Below, one piece after another: positions 8,786-16,601 of a stretch of 32,000 nt of DNA (positions are counted from its first letter, which is position 1; every line of letters begins with the position of its first letter). Location of the stretch: positions 7,499,542-7,531,541 of the forward strand of contig NZ_CP043491.1 in assembly GCF_044360685.1 (NCBI RefSeq), given 5' to 3'. The notes below the pieces were generated by a model. It had not been told where the DNA came from. It worked only from the letters and a program-made list of their open reading frames with translations, and did not search any database. The stretch comes from Cystobacter fuscus (GTDB lineage Bacteria; Myxococcota; Myxococcia; Myxococcales; Myxococcaceae). Position numbers and translations under genes: made by a program.

Positions 8786-9471
8786 CGCATCCCTCGCTCT
8801 TCCAGCCAACGGCGCACCCCGCGCGCGGTGGCCTCTCGCACCGCCCCGCCCAGCAGGCTGCCGAGCCGGGTGTGCTTGCCCATGTACTGCTCTCCTCCAG
8901 GCCCTTCCGGAGCCGCCACCACGATGCAGTCGGTGCCCGTCCCGGTGGCCACCCGCAGGGAGCGGCGGCTGGGCACTCGCGCCTCCATGAGGGCCGCCGT
9001 CCGCGCCTCCGCCCCGAGCGCCAGGGCCTCCACCAGCGCGCTCTCCGAGAGCGGATGGGACACCTGGCACAGCAGGTTGATGGTGCCCACGCTCCGCAGG
9101 GGCCCGGGCTCATCCCCGGCCGCCAACGCGTTGCCCAGCCCCACGGTGGCCACGCAGCGCGCCGAGAGCGCCCCCGAAGCGAGGTGCACGTCATCGAAGG
9201 TGGACACGTCGCGCGAGGTGAGCAGACCCACCGTCTCCTCCGGCGGCTCCTCGCCGAGGCTGGCCGTGAGGAGCGCCAGCGGATCCACGCCCGGGACGAG
9301 ATCGTCGTCACGCACCTGCCGCCACACCACCGCCCGGGCACGCCGGCGGCCTCCGTTGAGGAGAGCCCACGAGAGGACGGCGTGCGGACGGGCGAAGCGC
9401 ACCACGAGCACCCGCCCGCCTTGCTCCAGGGAGGGCGCTTCCCCCTCCGGCGTGGCGAGGGCGGCCGTCAT
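8782..9471 (-). CDS. cbiZ: adenosylcobinamide amidohydrolase
   Basis: ORF 8782..10026 trimmed to ATG 9471..9469, which overlaps the cbiA stop (ATGA). 229 aa with LSWALLNGG, VATVGLGNA, GTINLL, ATGTGTD and GKHTRLG, the CbiZ family signature order. Confidence 0.85.
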   Translation of the reverse strand: MTAALATPEGEAPSLEQGGRVLVVRFARPHAVLSWALLNGGRRRARAVVWRQVRDDDLVPGVDPLALLTASLGEEPPEETVGLLTSRDVSTFDDVHLASGALSARCVATVGLGNALAAGDEPGPLRSVGTINLLCQVSHPLSESALVEALALGAEARTAALMEARVPSRRSLRVATGTGTDCIVVAAPEGPGGEQYMGKHTRLGSLLGGAVREATARGVRRWLEERGMR

Positions 9472-10859
9472 GTCCGTTGCTCCTTGAAGGCGCGTGCCGA
9501 AGCCACGAGTCCCTCGGCGACCAGGGGGTTGGAGGCCCAGTGGGCGTGGACGTAGGAGGCCAGCACGTTGGGCGGGCCGAAGCCCTCGGTATGGATGGTG
9601 CCGCCACGACGCTTGCGGATGCGCAGCACTCCCCCCTGCTCGGGGACGCCCTCCAGCGTGGAGTAGCGGAACTGGTGCCCGCGGAAGCGCAGCCCTGCTC
9701 CGCCCAGCACGGTGCGCACCGTCGTCTCCACCTCCACGTAGCCGAGCGCCTGGAGCTTGGGCGCCATCACCGCCACTCCGGGCACCAGCCCGACCATGGG
9801 GAAGTCCCGGCCATCGAGGGTGCGGATGCCCTGGCTGAGGTACATCATCCCGCCGCACTCGGCGTAGATGGGGCCACCGCGCGCGGCGAAGTCGGAGAGG
9901 GCACGCCGCAGGGACTGGTTGTCGGCCAGCCGCCGCGCATGCAGTTCCGGGTAGCCGCCTCCGAGATAGACGGCGTGCACGTCCGGAGGAAGTGCCTCGT
10001 CCGCCAGCGGCGAGAAGGGCACGCACTGGGCGCCGAGCCGCTCGAGCCGCCGCAGGTTGTCCGCGTAATAGAAATGGAAGGCGGCATCCTGGGCCACCGC
10101 GATGCGGCAGGTGACGGGGGCCTCGGAGCGGTCTTCCGCTGGTGCCTCTGGCAAGGCCGGAGCCTCTCGCGCGAGGCGAAGGAAGGCCTCCGGATCATTC
10201 CATTCGGCGAGCAGCGTGCCCCAGGCATCGAGGTTGCGCGTGGGGATGCTCTCCTCGGAAGCGGTGAGCAGGCCCAGGTGGCGCTCGGGGAAGGCGAGTG
10301 ACTCCTGGGCGGGCAGTCCCCCCACCACGGGCACCGCCGTGCCACGCGCCGCGCGCTGGAGCAGCTCCAGGTGGCTGCGGCTGCCCACGCGGTTGGCGAA
10401 GAGGCCCGCCACCTTCAACTCCGGATCAAAGGCCGCCAGCCCGGTGCCGATGGCGGCGATGGTGCGCGCCATGCCCGAGACATCCACCACCGCGAGAACG
10501 GGCGCCGCCAGCCACTTGGCCACCTGCGCCGCCGAGCCCTCCTCCGAGTCCGGCGAGGCCCCGTCATAGAGCCCCATCACCCCCTCGATGAGCGCCACGT
10601 CGTGGCCCTGGCTGGCGTGCCGGAAGGTGGAGACGACGGCATCGCGGCCCATCAGCCAGCCATCGAGGTTGTGGCACGGCGCCCCGGAGGTGCGCGCGTG
10701 GTAGCTCGGATCGAGGTAGTCCGGACCGCACTTGAAGGTGGCCACCTTCAGGCCGCGCGCCTGGAGCGCCCGGGTGAGCGCCACCATGACGGTCGTCTTG
10801 CCCACGCCGCTGGACGTGCCCGCCACCACCAGCCGGGGAATCAGGAGGGCGCCGTCCAT
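9468..10859 (-). CDS. cbiA: cobyrinate a,c-diamide synthase
   Basis: 463 aa. Has N-terminal VVAGTSSGVGKTTV and KCGPDYLDPSYH, plus a C-terminal GATase domain YAECGGMMYL. Start ATG 10859 shares one nt with the cobO stop (TGATG). Confidence 0.92.
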   Translation of the reverse strand: MDGALLIPRLVVAGTSSGVGKTTVMVALTRALQARGLKVATFKCGPDYLDPSYHARTSGAPCHNLDGWLMGRDAVVSTFRHASQGHDVALIEGVMGLYDGASPDSEEGSAAQVAKWLAAPVLAVVDVSGMARTIAAIGTGLAAFDPELKVAGLFANRVGSRSHLELLQRAARGTAVPVVGGLPAQESLAFPERHLGLLTASEESIPTRNLDAWGTLLAEWNDPEAFLRLAREAPALPEAPAEDRSEAPVTCRIAVAQDAAFHFYYADNLRRLERLGAQCVPFSPLADEALPPDVHAVYLGGGYPELHARRLADNQSLRRALSDFAARGGPIYAECGGMMYLSQGIRTLDGRDFPMVGLVPGVAVMAPKLQALGYVEVETTVRTVLGGAGLRFRGHQFRYSTLEGVPEQGGVLRIRKRRGGTIHTEGFGPPNVLASYVHAHWASNPLVAEGLVASARAFKEQRT

Positions 10860-11389
10860 CAGAAGTCGAGCCCCACCTGCGCGGGAATGCCCTTCTCGAA
10901 GGGATGGCGCACGTTGCGCATCTCGGTGACGAGCTCCGCCGCCGCCACCAGGGGCTCCGGAGCGGAGCGCCCGGTGATGATCACATGCACGTGGGAGGGG
11001 CGTGCCGCCAGCGCCTCCATCACCTCGTCCACGGGGACGAAGCCGTAGTTGAGCACGTACGTCAGCTCATCGAGCACCACCACCTCGTGCTCGCCGCTCG
11101 TCATCAACCGCCGGGCCTCGGCCCACGCCTCCTGGGCGGCCCGCTTGTCCCGGGAGATGTCCTCGCTCTCCCAGGTGAAGCCCCGTCCCATGGTGAGGAA
11201 GACGAGCCCGGGAATGCTCTCCGCGTAGGTGCGCTCGCCCGTCTTCCACTTGCCCTTGATGAACTGCACCACCGCGGGCTTCATCCCCCGGCCGAGCGCG
11301 CGGAACACCACGCCGAGCGCGGCCGTGGTCTTCCCCTTGCCATCTCCCGTGTAGACGACCAGCAGTCCCTTCGTCGGTCTCGCGTTCAT
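10859..11389 (-). CDS. cobO: cob(I)yrinic acid a,c-diamide adenosyltransferase (CobA/CobO/BtuR type)
   Basis: ORF 10859..11593 trimmed to ATG 11389..11387, which overlaps the upstream stop (ATGA). 176 aa with YTGDGKGKTTAALG, VVQFIKG, VVLDELTY and ITGR motifs. Confidence 0.9.
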   Translation of the reverse strand: MNARPTKGLLVVYTGDGKGKTTAALGVVFRALGRGMKPAVVQFIKGKWKTGERTYAESIPGLVFLTMGRGFTWESEDISRDKRAAQEAWAEARRLMTSGEHEVVVLDELTYVLNYGFVPVDEVMEALAARPSHVHVIITGRSAPEPLVAAAELVTEMRNVRHPFEKGIPAQVGLDF

Positions 11390-12714
11390 GTCCCACGCTC
11401 CTGTCGTTCGAACCACGAGAGGCGCTCGCGCAGCCGCACCACCTCGCCCACCACCACCAGGGCCGGCGGCCCCAGCACGTTCTGCTCCCGCACCCGCTCG
11501 GCGAGCGTCTCCAGGGTGCCCACCACCACCACCTGCTCGGGCGAGGTGGCCGCGGCGATGTAGGCCGCGGGCGTCTGGGGGCTGCGTCCACACTCCACCA
11601 GCCGGGCCAGGTTGGCCGCGAGCTTCCGGGTGGCCATGAAGAGCACCAGCGTGCCCGCGGCCACGCCCAGCTTCTCCCAGTTCGTGAGGCTGCGAGGCCC
11701 CTCGAGGTCGTGCCCCGTGACGAAGGAGACGTCGGAGGCGTACTGCCGGTGGGTGAGCGGGATGCCGGCGCAGGCGGCGGCTCCGAGCGCGGCCGAGATG
11801 CCGGGCACCACCTCGTAGGCAATGCCCGCCTCGAGCAACTCCTCCGCCTCCTCACCGCCTCGCCCGAAGATGAACGGATCTCCCTGCTTCAAGCGCACCA
11901 CGTGCCGCCCGGCGCGGGCCCGCTCGAGCACCGCCGGGTGCAGCCGGTAGCCCGCCTGGGTGGAGCCCTGGTTGCGGTGGCCCACGAGGATGCGTTCCGC
12001 CTGGGGGCCGATCTCCGCGAGCACCGCCGGGGGGATGAGGGCGTCGTAGGCCACCACCTCCGCCTGTTGCAGCAGGGTGCGCGCCCTCACGGTGAGCAGT
12101 CCCGGATCGCCCGGCCCCGCGCCCACCAGGGACACGAAGCCGCCCCGGCGCTCGTCCCGCCCACGCCCGAGCGCCTCCTCGCAGAAGCGCACCCGCTCCT
12201 CCAGCGAGGCGCTCGAGTCCGGAACGAAGTGCAACCGCGAGGCTGAGACGGAGCGGCGCAGGAGCGACTCGAGGACGAGCTGGTAGCGCATCTCGTCCAT
12301 CGGGCTGTCACTCCGGACGCCGTCCCGCTCATAGGGGATGACGCCCCAGGGAAGGACGAAGACGGCGTCGTAGTGGCCCCCGGGCGCTGGAGACTCGAAG
12401 AACTCCGGGATGAGCTCCGCGCACCCGTGCTGGAGCGCATAGGCGGCGAAGTCCGTGGCGCAGTTGTCCGCCACGAAGCCCTCGTGCCGCTCCTCCTCGC
12501 GCCGCCGGCGCACGGACCACAATTCCCGGAGCACCCGCGCGCGCTCGGGCACGGGCAACTGCGCCAGGCGCGTGCCGGTGCGCAGGACGAACTCCCGCGT
12601 CTCCTCGGGGACAAGGGGCAGCCCGAGGCGGCTCGCCAGCGCGTTCACGAGCGTCGTCTTCCCCACCCCGGCCGCGCCGGTGATGGCAATGCGCCACGGC
12701 CGCTCAGGGCGCAT
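11386..12714 (-). CDS. cobA: fusion protein: N-terminal P-loop NTPase/kinase-like domain (NadR C-terminal / AAA_28-like) plus C-terminal uroporphyrinogen-III C-methyltransferase (SUMT)
   Basis: A single 442-aa ORF with no internal stop. Residues 1-190 carry Walker A ITGAAGVGKTT, VPEETREF, FVADNCATDFAAY, YDAVFVLPWGVIPYERDGVR and LEERV. Residues 195-442 carry LVGAGPGDPGLLT, RLKQGDPFIFGRGGEE and VVPGISAALGAAA, the tetrapyrrole methylase fold. Confidence 0.85.
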   Translation of the reverse strand: MRPERPWRIAITGAAGVGKTTLVNALASRLGLPLVPEETREFVLRTGTRLAQLPVPERARVLRELWSVRRRREEERHEGFVADNCATDFAAYALQHGCAELIPEFFESPAPGGHYDAVFVLPWGVIPYERDGVRSDSPMDEMRYQLVLESLLRRSVSASRLHFVPDSSASLEERVRFCEEALGRGRDERRGGFVSLVGAGPGDPGLLTVRARTLLQQAEVVAYDALIPPAVLAEIGPQAERILVGHRNQGSTQAGYRLHPAVLERARAGRHVVRLKQGDPFIFGRGGEEAEELLEAGIAYEVVPGISAALGAAACAGIPLTHRQYASDVSFVTGHDLEGPRSLTNWEKLGVAAGTLVLFMATRKLAANLARLVECGRSPQTPAAYIAAATSPEQVVVVGTLETLAERVREQNVLGPPALVVVGEVVRLRERLSWFERQERGT

Positions 12715-13471
12715 CTTCCGTCCCCTTCCGGAAGCGATGGGTGAAGGTCGGGTCGTACAGGCGCGAGTTGGCGAAGTCCTTCGCCTCCAGCACCTCGCCC
12801 ACCAGGATCATCGCGGTCGCGTTGATGCGCTCGGCGCGCACCTTGTCGCCAATGTCCGCCAGCGTGCCGCGCACCACCTTCTGATCCGGCCAGGTGGCCT
12901 TCTGCACCACCGCGACGGGACAGTCCGGCCCGTAGGAGGGCAGCAGCTTCTCCACCACGTCACGGATGAGGCCCGCGCTGAGGAAGAGCGCCAGGGTGGC
13001 ACGGTGGCGCGCCAGATCCTCCAGCTTCTCTCCCTCCGGCATGAGGGTGCGTCCCTCGGCGCGGGTGACGATGACCGTCTGCGACAGCTCGGGCAGCGTC
13101 AGCTCCTTGCCCAGCACCGCAGCCGCGGCGGTGAAGGAGGACACCCCCGGGATGATCTCGTAGGGAATGCCGAGCTCGACGAGCCTGCGCATCTGCTCCG
13201 CGGTGGAGCCGAAGATGGACGGATCTCCCGTGTGCACGCGGGCTACGTCCTGATCCGCGGCATGGGCCTCCTTGAGGACGTCGATGATCTGCTCGAGCGT
13301 CATGGACGAGGAGTCGAGCACCCGCGCATCCGGCCGGGCCCGGGCGATGACCGCCTGCGGGACGAGCGAGCCGGTGTAGAGCACCACGGGGCACTGCTCG
13401 ACGAGCTCGGCCCCGCGCACGGTGATGAGCTTCGGATCTCCGGGTCCGGCACCGATGATGTAGACCTTCAT
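12704..13471 (-). CDS. cbiF: cobalt-precorrin-4 C11-methyltransferase
   Basis: 255 aa with IIGAGPGDPKLITV, HTGDPSIFG and IIPGVSSFTAAAA. GGAG SD lies in the 10-nt gap after orf131. Confidence 0.92.
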   Translation of the reverse strand: MKVYIIGAGPGDPKLITVRGAELVEQCPVVLYTGSLVPQAVIARARPDARVLDSSSMTLEQIIDVLKEAHAADQDVARVHTGDPSIFGSTAEQMRRLVELGIPYEIIPGVSSFTAAAAVLGKELTLPELSQTVIVTRAEGRTLMPEGEKLEDLARHRATLALFLSAGLIRDVVEKLLPSYGPDCPVAVVQKATWPDQKVVRGTLADIGDKVRAERINATAMILVGEVLEAKDFANSRLYDPTFTHRFRKGTEDAP

Positions 13472-13481
13472 TCTCTTCTCC

Positions 13482-13877
13482 TCACGAGCAGCGCAGGACG
13501 GAGTCGCGCACCAGGTCCCAGACGTGTCCGGGCACGAGCCCCAGCCAGCGGGCGTCCGTTTCCGGCCGGGCCTCGTGCTCGGTGACGAGCCGCCACAGCC
13601 GCTCCGACACCGAGCCGTTGCGGCGGATGACCAGCCGCTCGAAGAGCAGCCGCGCCAGGGCCTCCCCCTCGAGCTCCATCACCAGCAGCGGCGCGGCCAC
13701 CTCCACCGGGCGCACCGGCGAGAGCCGCACGTAGGGCAGCTCCACCCCGGGAAGCTGAGCGGGCGGCTCGAAGCCCGCCGCGGCCCAGTCACACGGCTCC
13801 TTGAGATCTCCCACCAGGAAGAACGCTCCCTCGGTGGAGGCGAGCAACGCACCCGCCAGACGTCCCACGCGTGCCAT
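13482..13877 (-). CDS. hypothetical protein (orf131) embedded between cbiH and cbiF
   Basis: 131-aa ORF. Hand-read codons are strongly GC3-biased like the neighbours. It starts 3 nt after the cbiH stop and stops 10 nt before the cbiF start. No recognisable motif. Confidence 0.6.
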   Translation of the reverse strand: MARVGRLAGALLASTEGAFFLVGDLKEPCDWAAAGFEPPAQLPGVELPYVRLSPVRPVEVAAPLLVMELEGEALARLLFERLVIRRNGSVSERLWRLVTEHEARPETDARWLGLVPGHVWDLVRDSVLRCS

Positions 13878-13880
13878 GGT

Positions 13881-14708
13881 TCAAACCTCCTCTTCGCGAA
13901 CGACGAGTGAACGGCCCGGCTGCTGCCCCGGGAGCACATCTCCCTCGAGGGTGTACTTCCGCGTGTAGCCTCGAGGCGTCACCATGTAGCCCTCGAAGAA
14001 GAAGGTGTGGGAGTTGCCCACGATGACCGTGGTCAGCATGCCGATCTCGTAGTCCAGGAAGTGATCGAGGTCGCTCATCACCACCTTCTCCCCCTCGCGG
14101 TAGGCGCCCTTCACCAGCGCCACGGGAGTGGAGCCCTCGCGGTAGCGGCGGATGATGGAGTGGGCCTCCACGATCTGCCGGGTGCGCCGCCCGCTCGCGG
14201 GGTTGTAGAGCGAGATGACGAAGTCGGACGACGCGGCGGCCTCGATGCGTTTGGCGATGACGGCCCACGGCGTGAGCAGATCCGACAGGGAAATGGTGCA
14301 GCTGTCGTGGACCAGTGGAGCCCCCACGCGCGAGGCACAGGAGTTGGCGGCGGTGATGCCGGGCACCAGGTTGAGCGTGGGGGAATCCCCGCGCTTCCAA
14401 CCGATCTCCCGCAGCACCTCGAAGACGAGCCCCGCCATGCCGTAGACGCCCGCATCCCCGGAGGAGACGAGCACCACGTTGGCACCGGCCCGAGCACGCT
14501 CCACCGCGGAGCGGGCCCGGCCGATCTCCTCCGTCATGCCCGTTTGCACCACTTCCTTGCCCTCGAGGAGGTGGTGCACGAGCTTGATATAGGTGCGGTA
14601 GCCCACCACCACCTGGGCCTTGTGGATGGCCTCCAGGGCGGCGGGGGTGACGTGGGCGCCATCGCCCGGGCCAATTCCAACGACAGACAGGATGCCTCCC
14701 TCAGCCAT
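13881..14708 (-). CDS. cbiH: cobalt-precorrin-3B C17-methyltransferase
   Basis: 275 aa with VVGIGPGDGAHVT, VSSGDAGVYGMAG, LVPGITAANS and ISLSDLLTPW. Its start overlaps the cbiG 3' end by 8 nt. Confidence 0.92.
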   Translation of the reverse strand: MAEGGILSVVGIGPGDGAHVTPAALEAIHKAQVVVGYRTYIKLVHHLLEGKEVVQTGMTEEIGRARSAVERARAGANVVLVSSGDAGVYGMAGLVFEVLREIGWKRGDSPTLNLVPGITAANSCASRVGAPLVHDSCTISLSDLLTPWAVIAKRIEAAASSDFVISLYNPASGRRTRQIVEAHSIIRRYREGSTPVALVKGAYREGEKVVMSDLDHFLDYEIGMLTTVIVGNSHTFFFEGYMVTPRGYTRKYTLEGDVLPGQQPGRSLVVREEEV

Positions 14709-15840
14709 GGGCGGGCTCCTTTCGAGGGGAATGAGGAATGCGCGCGACGGCGAACGTCATGGAGCGTCCGGCGCCGGGCTCGGTGTAGATCTGCTTGCGG
14801 ACGAGCAACTCGGAGGCTCCAGCGGCGAGCAACGCCGACGGCTCGGCCACGCCGCGGGTGCCCACGTGCCGCTTCACCGTCTCCGACGGCGTGGGAACGG
14901 GCACCGCGTCCAGCTCGGCGGCCGGGTACGTCTGGAGCGCCCAGCCATGTTTCTGGCACAGCGCCAGCAGCGCGGGCTCATCGGCCTTCAAGTCCACGGT
15001 GGCCACCGCCTTCACCGAGGCGGGAGACAGCAGGGCCTGGGCGAGCAGTTGGGTCACGCCCCGCTCCACCAGCTCCTCCGGGGTGCCCCGGTCACAGCCG
15101 ATGCCCAACACCAGACTGCGGGGCCGGTAGATGACGGCCTTCTCCCATTGGGCGCGGTGCGTCTCGCGGATGTCGCGATCGGTGGCGATGAGGAGCATCT
15201 CCCACGCCGCCGGATCCACCCCATCGAGAGAGCGCGTGTAGCGCACGCCCGGAGGCAGCGGCTTGTCCTCGGGCCACCAGGAGGGCTCGCCCGCCTCCTG
15301 GACGAAGAGCACCGGGGCCTCGTTCACCACGGCGGCGCAGCCCCGGGTGACGTTGCGCTCCAGATCATCCAGCCGCCAGCCGAGCTCCCGCCCGAGGATG
15401 TCCACCGTGAGGGTGCCCCGCACGTCCGAGGCGGTGGTGACCACCGGGGTGGAGCCGAGCACGCCGGCCACCCGCTCGGTGAAGGCATTGCCCCGGCCCA
15501 CGTGTCCCGACAGCACGCAGATGGAGAAGCGCGCGGCGTCATCGACGCACACCACCGCCGGATCCACCTTCTTGTCCTCGAGGAGCGGAGCAATCATGCG
15601 CACCACCGCGCCCACGCTGATGATGAAGATGTGGCAGTCGTAGGCGGTGAAGGTGCGCGACAGGGTGGGCCCCATGGGCAGGGGCATCGGCAGGGCGCCC
15701 GCGGGGGCCTTGGCCATGAGCTTCTCGGAGACGTACAGCTCCGCGCCCGGCAACCCCGCGAGGAGCCGCTGGGCGATGCCCAACCCGTGCAGGGTGATGG
15801 CGTAGACGGCGTAGGGCTTGCGTGCCGGGGGCAGGCTCAC
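14701..15840 (-). CDS. cbiG: cobalt-precorrin-5A hydrolase
   Basis: ORF 14701..15930 trimmed to GTG 15840..15838, which overlaps the cbiL stop (GTGA). Has an N-terminal CbiG domain (IISVGAVVRMIAP, LSGHVGGNA-like), a middle domain and a C-terminal LGIGCDRG...TVDLKADE CobE-like domain. Confidence 0.88.
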   Translation of the reverse strand: MSLPPARKPYAVYAITLHGLGIAQRLLAGLPGAELYVSEKLMAKAPAGALPMPLPMGPTLSRTFTAYDCHIFIISVGAVVRMIAPLLEDKKVDPAVVCVDDAARFSICVLSGHVGRGNAFTERVAGVLGSTPVVTTASDVRGTLTVDILGRELGWRLDDLERNVTRGCAAVVNEAPVLFVQEAGEPSWWPEDKPLPPGVRYTRSLDGVDPAAWEMLLIATDRDIRETHRAQWEKAVIYRPRSLVLGIGCDRGTPEELVERGVTQLLAQALLSPASVKAVATVDLKADEPALLALCQKHGWALQTYPAAELDAVPVPTPSETVKRHVGTRGVAEPSALLAAGASELLVRKQIYTEPGAGRSMTFAVARIPHSPRKEPAHG

Positions 15841-16601
15841 CGAGCCACCTCCGCCGTCTGGGCGAAGCGACCGGCGAGCACGCCGCTGCGATCCTTCTTC
15901 GCCACCATCACCATGGAGAAGTAATCGCACTTGTCGTTGCGGATGCTGCGCAGGTCGCGCACCACCTTCTCCTGCCCGGTGGAAGCCCGCGACACGTAGA
16001 CGGCGCGATCGAGCAAGCCCTCACGCTCGAGTGCCTCCACCACCTGGGGCATGACCGAGCTCACCTTCATCAGCAGCACGGTGTCGAAGTCGCGCAGCAC
16101 GCGGGTGAGGTCCTCCACCCCATAGGTGGCCGGCAGGACGGCGATGCGCTCCTGGCCATCGGCCACCGGCACCTGCACCGCCGCGGGCACGGCGGTGATC
16201 GAGGAGACCGCGGGCACCACCTCGGTGCGCGTCCCGGGGAAGCGCTGGGGCACCTCCGCCAGGAGGTAGATGAAGGTGCTGTAGACGAGCGGATCCCCTT
16301 CCGTGATGAAGGCCACCTTCTTGCCCGCGGCCAGCCGAGGGGCGAGCTGCGCGTAGGCTTCCTCCCAGGCGGGACGCAACCGCTCGGGATCCTTCGTCAT
16401 CGGGAAGGTGAGGAAGAGCCGCTCCTGGCCGGGCACCTCGCCCACGTTCTCCTTGGCGATGCGCCAGGCGAGCGACTCGTCGTAGACCGAGCGCCGGGGG
16501 ATGGCGATGACGTCCGCCGAGCGGAGCGTGTTCACCGCCCGGAGCGTCATCAGATCCGGCGCCCCCGGCCCCACTCCCACGCCAATCAACACGCCACTCA
16601 T
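15837..16601 (-). CDS. cbiL: cobalt-precorrin-2 C20-methyltransferase
   Basis: ORF 15837..17270 trimmed to ATG 16601..16599, which overlaps the cbiET stop (ATGA). 254 aa with GVGVGPGAPDLMTLRA, ITEGDPLVYSTF and VVPAVSSITA. Confidence 0.88.
   Translation of the reverse strand: MSGVLIGVGVGPGAPDLMTLRAVNTLRSADVIAIPRRSVYDESLAWRIAKENVGEVPGQERLFLTFPMTKDPERLRPAWEEAYAQLAPRLAAGKKVAFITEGDPLVYSTFIYLLAEVPQRFPGTRTEVVPAVSSITAVPAAVQVPVADGQERIAVLPATYGVEDLTRVLRDFDTVLLMKVSSVMPQVVEALEREGLLDRAVYVSRASTGQEKVVRDLRSIRNDKCDYFSMVMVAKKDRSGVLAGRFAQTAEVAR

Noticed and set aside
7224-8990. Long plus-strand ORFs antisense to the B12 genes (for example 7224..8990 at 588 aa, 16646..18220 at 524 aa, 20720..22477 at 585 aa, 4938..6344, 3739..4836, 14620..15924, 23092..24384, 26062..27390)
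   Set aside because: They are shadow frames of strongly supported minus-strand genes. Their composition is dominated by Arg/His/Gly/Pro/Ala, they show no motifs, and their starts and stops show no SD contexts.
13482-13877. orf131 considered as CobE or a split C-terminal CbiG domain, or as a truncated CbiJ
   Set aside because: It lacks the GxGCxRG motif, which is present instead in the adjacent full-length cbiG (LGIGCDRG). It shows no resemblance to the CbiJ N-terminal Rossmann-like GGTxE/D pattern, and at 131 aa it is about half the size of CbiJ.
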